From: Erysipelothrix larvae
GTDB lineage: Bacteria > Bacillota_I > Bacilli_A > Erysipelotrichales > Erysipelotrichaceae
Length of the DNA stretch: 32,000 nt
Assembly (NCBI RefSeq): GCF_001545095.1
Contig: NZ_CP013213.1
Span: forward strand, 2,463,109-2,495,108
Reading direction: 5' to 3'
The notes beneath the pieces were generated by a model. That model did not search any database, had not been told where the DNA came from, and saw only the letters and a list, made by a program, of their open reading frames with translations. Position numbers and translations under genes: made by a program. Of the stretch, positions 27,420 to 32,000 are shown in pieces. Position 1 is the first letter of the stretch. Every line of letters begins with the position of its first letter.

Positions 27420-27971
27420 TTAATCCTCTTTCTTGTTATAGGTATTCATTAACTGTGTTAAATCATCGTTGTTGAGATAATCCATCACGCATTGGATTGC
27501 TGGTTTTATGGCTGTTTGATCGTCCATTTTACCCAAAACATAATCAACTGTTGGGATTAAGGGATTCTTGCCGATTCCTACTTTGATACGTGCAAATTCA
27601 TTTGAACCCGTTCTATCAATGATACTTTGAATGCCTCGTTGTCCGCCAGAACTTCCTTTACGACGCACTTTAAGGGTACCTACTGGCAAATCAAGATCAT
27701 CGGATACGACTAAAAGATCCTCAAGATCAACATCGTAGTAGTTGAGAATTTGGATTACTGCATCTCCAGAGAGATTCATAAATGTCTGTGGTTTTACAAG
27801 AATGATCTTTTGTCCTTTATAAAATCCTTGGCCAATCAATGCGTTAAATTTCAGTGAGTTTACAGAGATTGATGTTTCTTCAGATACACCATCAATGACT
27901 AAAAAGCCTGCATTGTGTCGTGTGTTTTCATATTTCTTACCAGGATTTCCTAATCCAACAATTACTTTCAT
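27420..27971 (-). CDS. pth: Peptidyl-tRNA hydrolase
   Basis: 183 aa. MKVIVGLGNPGKKYENTRHNAGF is the canonical Pth N-terminus. GGAGGA RBS. Confidence 0.97.
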   Translation of the reverse strand: MKVIVGLGNPGKKYENTRHNAGFLVIDGVSEETSISVNSLKFNALIGQGFYKGQKIILVKPQTFMNLSGDAVIQILNYYDVDLEDLLVVSDDLDLPVGTLKVRRKGSSGGQRGIQSIIDRTGSNEFARIKVGIGKNPLIPTVDYVLGKMDDQTAIKPAIQCVMDYLNNDDLTQLMNTYNKKED

Positions 27972-27990
27972 TGATTTCCTCCAAATAGAC

Positions 27991-28018
27991 GAAAAAGAAT
28001 AAGGAATCCCTTATTCTT
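27991..28018 (-). terminator. Terminator-like hairpin overlapping the jag stop codon
   Basis: On the - strand: AAGAATAAGG, loop GATT, CCTTATTCTT (10-bp perfect stem), then a further T-rich tail TTTCGTCTATTT. It ends ~20 nt before the pth ATG. Confidence 0.5.
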
Positions 28019-28628
28019 CGTTACTTTCTACATACATAACTTTTAGATGACGGTGTCTTCCTTGTCCTTCGCTCTCAGTTTTAATATGAGCCATGCCGCT
28101 TAATTCTTTATGAATTACTCTGCGTTCATCATTAGACATCGGATCAAGTGATGCAGTTACTTTTGTACGTTGTACCGTCTTTGCAACTCGTTTCGCTAGA
28201 TCGCGTAACTTATGATAACGGTTGTCTTTATAACCGTTGATATCCACTGTTACATAGAAGCGACGCTTAAACTCTGAGCTCACAACGTTTCTTAAGAGTA
28301 AATTTAGTCCACTTAATGAGCTCCCATTTTTACCAATAAGAATTGCGTTGTTTTCTGCATTGAGATTCGCAATCACTTTTCCTTCATTTACAGATACTTC
28401 AAGTTCAACATCCATACCCAATCCCTTGAAAAATGTATCAAGGTAATTGAATACAAATTCTTCAACATCACAGGATGCGTATACATCTGCTGTGACACTT
28501 GCACCGATTCCTAAAAACCCAGTTTTAGTTTCAGTTACATAATATGTTAGTGCTTCTACCGCTACGTTTTTTTCATCCGCAACTTTTTGTAGAAGATCCT
28601 CGAGTGTTTTTCCCGTATATGATTTCAT
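28011..28628 (-). CDS. jag: Jag/KhpB RNA-binding protein (Jag-N, KH and R3H domains)
   Basis: The R3H motif region DPMSNDERRVIHKEL is present, and the gene follows yidC. I set the start at ATG 28628 (GGAGG 5 nt upstream). The TTG start in the track lies inside that RBS. Confidence 0.9.
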   Translation of the reverse strand: MKSYTGKTLEDLLQKVADEKNVAVEALTYYVTETKTGFLGIGASVTADVYASCDVEEFVFNYLDTFFKGLGMDVELEVSVNEGKVIANLNAENNAILIGKNGSSLSGLNLLLRNVVSSEFKRRFYVTVDINGYKDNRYHKLRDLAKRVAKTVQRTKVTASLDPMSNDERRVIHKELSGMAHIKTESEGQGRHRHLKVMYVESNEE

Positions 28629-28646
28629 AGACACCTCCAAAGTTTA

Positions 28647-29516
28647 TTAGTTAGTATTATTATCGGTGTATTTCCACTGGATGTAAAGTGTTTGGAACAA
28701 TTGTACCAGTGCAGTGATTGCCCAATATAAACTCATCCCGATATTCCATGTAAATGCAAAGAATAAAATCATTGCAAGTGACATAAACATCATCGTGTTT
28801 GTATTTGGACCTTGTGGTTTATCATACTTACGTTGTTTTTGACGACGTTTTAGTAAGTATTGTGGCAAGAACATTGATGCTGCTTGAGCAATTGCCATTG
28901 TGATAAAGATTGCGATGTAAACAGGGTTTCCTGTTGTGAATCCTTCACGTGGTGTTGCTTTTAATGTTTGTCCAAGAATTGAACCATGGATAATTAAATC
29001 AGCACGTTGTACCGCTTGGTACATTGCCATAATTACTGGTAATTGGATGAACAAAGGTACTAAAGCACCAAATGGACTGATTTCATGTTTTTGATATACT
29101 TTTTGAAGTTCTGCAGATTGTTGCATCTTCGCTTGATTATCAGTACGCCCTTTATACTTTTCTTGAATGCGATTTAATTCTGGTTGAATTAATTGCATTT
29201 TTTGTTGTTGGATTGTTTGTTTGATTGTAAGACCAAACTTCAACGCATTAATAATTAATGTTACAGTTACAATTGAGATAAATGCACTTCCTGTATACTT
29301 CGCTACAAGGTTAAATGCTTGTGATATTGGCCACACAATAAAGATAGAGAACCAACCTTCTCCTTCTTTACCCCATGGGAACGGATCACCCAATCTAATG
29401 ATAACTTCTTCCATGATGTTACCATTTGCATCCGTAAGTCTTCTACACCCTACAAGTACTAATAATAACAGCGCTAATACTAGGTACTTGCGATACTTTT
29501 TATACGATTTTTCCAT
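28647..29516 (-). CDS. yidC: YidC/Oxa1-family membrane protein insertase (lipoprotein type)
   Basis: 289 aa. It has the lipobox LLVLVGC near the N-terminus, five hydrophobic segments, and a basic C-terminal tail. Its position between rnpA and jag is conserved. Confidence 0.93.
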   Translation of the reverse strand: MEKSYKKYRKYLVLALLLLVLVGCRRLTDANGNIMEEVIIRLGDPFPWGKEGEGWFSIFIVWPISQAFNLVAKYTGSAFISIVTVTLIINALKFGLTIKQTIQQQKMQLIQPELNRIQEKYKGRTDNQAKMQQSAELQKVYQKHEISPFGALVPLFIQLPVIMAMYQAVQRADLIIHGSILGQTLKATPREGFTTGNPVYIAIFITMAIAQAASMFLPQYLLKRRQKQRKYDKPQGPNTNTMMFMSLAMILFFAFTWNIGMSLYWAITALVQLFQTLYIQWKYTDNNTN

Positions 29517-29531
29517 TTCCTACTCCTAACG

Positions 29532-29870
29532 TTAAACATCACTATCTATTTTAACTTTTTTTATCAATTTTTCCAAGTCTTTTTGGTTCTGTATATAGGA
29601 TTGCGTGAAATATTTTTTTCTAACAATAATGATTAAGTCAAAATTACCCTCAATTACGTGAATAACACGAAGCATTTCTCTAACTTGACGTTTCGTTTTA
29701 TTTCGTACAACAGCATTCCCCAACTTCTTTGGAACTGATATTCCTACCCGTGCGTGCTCTTCTTGTTTTTTCTTTGTATAAACAACGAATGATCCTGTCG
29801 CAACAAATCGTTTATTGCGCATGATTTGTTGAAATTCATCTGCGCGTCTTACTCTAAATTTTTTCTTCAT
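29532..29870 (-). CDS. rnpA: Ribonuclease P protein component
   Basis: 112 aa starting MKKKFRVRRADEFQQIMRNKRF. It is basic, contains the RNR-like motif AVVRNKTKRQVRE, and lies immediately downstream of rpmH. The 139-aa ORF in the track runs upstream through rpmH in another frame and is not credible. Confidence 0.9.
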   Translation of the reverse strand: MKKKFRVRRADEFQQIMRNKRFVATGSFVVYTKKKQEEHARVGISVPKKLGNAVVRNKTKRQVREMLRVIHVIEGNFDLIIIVRKKYFTQSYIQNQKDLEKLIKKVKIDSDV

Positions 29871-29881
29871 ATATAAACAAA

Positions 29882-29901
29882 CAGTCACCCTAAGGTGACT
29901 G
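29882..29901 (-). terminator. Hairpin/attenuator between rpmH and rnpA
   Basis: On the - strand, right after the rpmH TAA: CAGTCACC, loop TTAG, GGTGACTG (8-bp perfect stem), then TTTGTTTAT. The rnpA ATG follows 11 nt after the stem. Confidence 0.55.
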
Positions 29902-30036
29902 TTATGCTGATAACACTTTTCTTCCTTTTGATCTACGACGTGATAGGACACGACGTCCGCCTACAGTTTTCATTCGGGCTCTAAAACCATGGACCTTTTG
30001 GTGTTTCCGTTTGCTCGGTTGATAAGTTCTCTTCAT
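29902..30036 (-). CDS. rpmH: 50S ribosomal protein L34
   Basis: Not in the ORF track because it is under 60 aa. My hand translation gives [44 protein letters not shown] (44 aa), the canonical L34 sequence. GGAGGTGG RBS upstream. Confidence 0.95.
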   Translation of the reverse strand: MKRTYQPSKRKHQKVHGFRARMKTVGGRRVLSRRRSKGRKVLSA

Positions 30037-30088
30037 AGAAAACCACCTCCAGTTCTAAATTGTTAATACGAAGAGCAAATGCTTAGAA

Positions 30089-30117
30089 ATTATACATAAT
30101 ATCACTGGTAGTGTCAA
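30089..30117 (-). promoter_or_regulatory. Consensus sigma-A promoter of rpmH-rnpA
   Basis: On the - strand: TTGACA (30117-30112), exactly 17 nt, then TATAAT (30094-30089). A second extended -10 (TGGTATAAT) lies at 30180-30172. Confidence 0.75.
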
Positions 30118-30235
30118 TAAATCTCAGTATATTTATTGTTTTTACATGCTTTATTATGCATTTTCTGTTCAATTATACCATGTGATTCATCCGAACACTA
30201 CTATTTCTCAGTTTTATATTTCTAATCTTGATGGG

Positions 30236-31519
30236 TTAATATCGTTCAAATCGATTTCTTAAACCCTTTGGATATTTGTTGTTTTGTCCTTTAATAAACC
30301 CCAAACACTGATTTTGATAGGTTACTAAATAATATCCTGTTTTCGGATTATCCACACTCAATCCATATAAATATTGATATGCTTGGTTCAAATCTACCGC
30401 TATTTTTGGAATATCCTGTGTTAAGTACGGTACATAAACACACGATTGCGTAAATTCGTAGCGGCCTTTCTTTTCAATTGCAATCATTGTACCGTCATGA
30501 ATTACGTGTGCATCTGTATCTAAGGGTCCCCGATCTTTTAAACACTTAATTTTATCGTTGTGTTTGATGATATGACCTGTAAATTTCATTTTATTGATTT
30601 CTATTGTGCTTGATTTGTACTTTTTAAACGTTAATGTATTACGTTTTGTTTCTTTTTTTACTCTGATCTTCGCTACAAAATGTCCCTCTCCATCTTCAGA
30701 AGGATAAAAGCGAGCCCCTTTATTTCCAAGATTTCGAATTCCTGGCTGTGCTTGTTTCAACCCATGATCGATTAATACACACTCAGGATGCTTTTCTAAA
30801 AATCGAATCACCACTTCTTCATTTTCATATGGATTAAGGGTGCAAGTTGAGTAGACAATATGCGCGCCATCTACGCTACATTGGTACGCTGCTTCTAATA
30901 ACTCACCTTGAAGTTGCGCCAATTCGAAGATTGTCTTCATATTGAAATTAAGTGCATGTTTTGGTTGTTTACGATATAATCCCTCACCACTACACGGAAC
31001 ATCTAGAACTATTTTATCAAACGTATTTGAAAAATATTTTGGAAGGCTTCTTCCATCGTGATTCACCACACAACAATTTTCTACACCCCATCGTTCTACA
31101 TTGCCAACGAGTTTTAATGCACGATTGTAATCAACTTCATTACTAATGAGAAATCCTTCATTCACTGCATTAAGGATTTGGGTTGTCTTTCCACCAGGAG
31201 CACTACACATATCCAACACAAGATCGTGAGGTTTTGGGTTCAGTGCCTTTACAGGAAGTGTTGCTGATGGATCTTGTATGTAATAACATCCAGCATGATG
31301 AAAAGGGTGGACGACCGCAATTTTATAATCATCAGGAATGAGTATCTCTTCATTAAGTAAGGATGGTTTATAAGAAAATGGAAGGTTAATCGGTTTGTTT
31401 GTATTCAATTTAATCCCACGAACTGGGTCATGTTTGTCATAAGCTTTTAATATCATAGTTGCGGTTTCATCATCAAATTCTTTATAAATCATTTTAATAA
31501 ATTCTGCGTGTAATTCCAT
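30236..31519 (-). CDS. RsmB/RsmF (NOL1/NOP2/Sun) family rRNA cytosine-C5 methyltransferase
   Basis: 427 aa. It has the SAM motif LDMCSAPGGKT, the catalytic motifs LDVPCSGEG (motif IV) and VYSTCTLNPYENE (motif VI), and a C-terminal PUA-like extension as in RsmF/YebU-type proteins. AGGAGA RBS. Confidence 0.88.
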   Translation of the reverse strand: MELHAEFIKMIYKEFDDETATMILKAYDKHDPVRGIKLNTNKPINLPFSYKPSLLNEEILIPDDYKIAVVHPFHHAGCYYIQDPSATLPVKALNPKPHDLVLDMCSAPGGKTTQILNAVNEGFLISNEVDYNRALKLVGNVERWGVENCCVVNHDGRSLPKYFSNTFDKIVLDVPCSGEGLYRKQPKHALNFNMKTIFELAQLQGELLEAAYQCSVDGAHIVYSTCTLNPYENEEVVIRFLEKHPECVLIDHGLKQAQPGIRNLGNKGARFYPSEDGEGHFVAKIRVKKETKRNTLTFKKYKSSTIEINKMKFTGHIIKHNDKIKCLKDRGPLDTDAHVIHDGTMIAIEKKGRYEFTQSCVYVPYLTQDIPKIAVDLNQAYQYLYGLSVDNPKTGYYLVTYQNQCLGFIKGQNNKYPKGLRNRFERY

Positions 31520-31540
31520 ACAATTCTCCTGTTTTTTTAT

Positions 31541-31568
31541 AGTATATCACGAACAAGTTTTAGGTAAA
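31541..31568 (-). promoter_or_regulatory. Candidate promoter of the RsmB/F-like gene
   Basis: On the - strand: TTTACC (31568-31563), 16 nt, then TGaTATACT (extended -10, 31549-31541). Confidence 0.45.
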
Positions 31569-31607
31569 AATTCTTTCATCAAAGTATTTTGCGACAAATC
31601 ACACTTT

Positions 31608-31924
31608 TTTTCCACACACCAAACAAGATTGATTCCTTCAATTTTAAGTTATACACACCTTAATCACCAACTAAATTCATATGTTACTACACCATTGTGG
31701 ATATCTGTGGAAAACTTCACAAAGCCTTTATTTAAAGGCTTTTAGACAGTTGATAGTGTGTTGATAAGTTTGATTTCTCCACTGTACTTTCCACATTTTC
31801 CACAATTGTGGATTGTTGATATCTTTTTCCACAATTTGTCCACAATGTAAAGATGTGGATAATGTGGATAACTCTCAGTTATCCACTATTTATTATGGTT
31901 ATCAGAGTATGTAAATGTGGAAAA
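31608..31924. promoter_or_regulatory. DnaA-box cluster (oriC / dnaA upstream region)
   Basis: I count 12 matches to TTATCCACA with at most 2 mismatches. Two are perfect and abut in tandem: TGTGGATAA at 31854-31862 and 31863-31871. One-mismatch boxes lie at 31608-31616, 31696-31704, 31706-31714, 31796-31804, 31825-31833, 31836-31844, 31879-31887 and 31916-31924. Two-mismatch boxes lie at 31787-31795 and 31807-31815. The adjacent rpmH-rnpA-yidC-jag genes are the classical origin markers. Confidence 0.88.
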
Positions 31925-32000
31925 CTTTTTACATTGATTTTTACCCTTTTATTCTCTCTTTCTTTTTGCTATCATTACTACTACAAAGGGGTTTAGTTTT

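Noticed and set aside
29871-29951. A 27-codon N-terminal extension of rnpA, which makes the 139-aa ORF in the track.
   Set aside because: The extension runs through the rpmH coding sequence in another frame and across the rpmH-rnpA hairpin. A canonical RnpA of 112 aa starts at ATG 29870.
1-32000. A window-wide look for CRISPR arrays, rRNA or tRNA genes, IS elements, integrases, phage genes, and recognisable defence or toxin-antitoxin genes.
   Set aside because: I found no regularly spaced repeats, no cloverleaf-capable sequences in the intergenic gaps, and no transposase, integrase or phage-like ORFs. All large ORFs are accounted for by the features listed.

Overview
Origin-proximal chromosome segment of a low-GC Gram-positive bacterium (Bacillota; the gene content suggests Erysipelotrichia or a related lineage, but I cannot confirm this). 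I recognise about 31 protein genes and found no rRNA, tRNA, CRISPR array, transposase or integrase. All identifications rest on motifs and architectures I recognise by eye; no search or computation was run.

Left to right:
- (1) A + strand one-carbon/histidine-type module: a partial membrane gene, glutamate formimidoyltransferase, a cyclodeaminase/cyclohydrolase-family protein, a HutD-like protein and formate-THF ligase.
- (2) A - strand trio: SAM methyltransferase, transglutaminase-like cysteine-protease-fold protein, and an AraC/GyrI-like regulator.
- (3) A tightly packed + strand operon with a convergent GntR/HutC regulator. It encodes an orphan PTS EIIC, an 87-aa membrane ORF, a DUF871/MupG-family 6-phospho-glycosidase, an amidohydrolase/deacetylase, a DgaE-family PLP ammonia-lyase, a KDGP-aldolase-family protein and a PfkB kinase. 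This is my best candidate for an undescribed system: a predicted pathway for an acidic amino-sugar glycoside.
- (4) A nine-gene V/A-type ATPase operon on the - strand, with atypical gene order and an unusual proteolipid.
- (5) The - strand core genes rqcP(yabO), mfd, pth, jag, yidC, rnpA, rpmH and an RsmB/F-like rRNA m5C methyltransferase.
- (6) A cluster of 12 DnaA boxes at 31608-31924 that marks oriC and the dnaA promoter region. dnaA itself probably starts just past the window end.

Two long non-coding gaps (14489-14959 and 23129-23762) contain unexplained structure.
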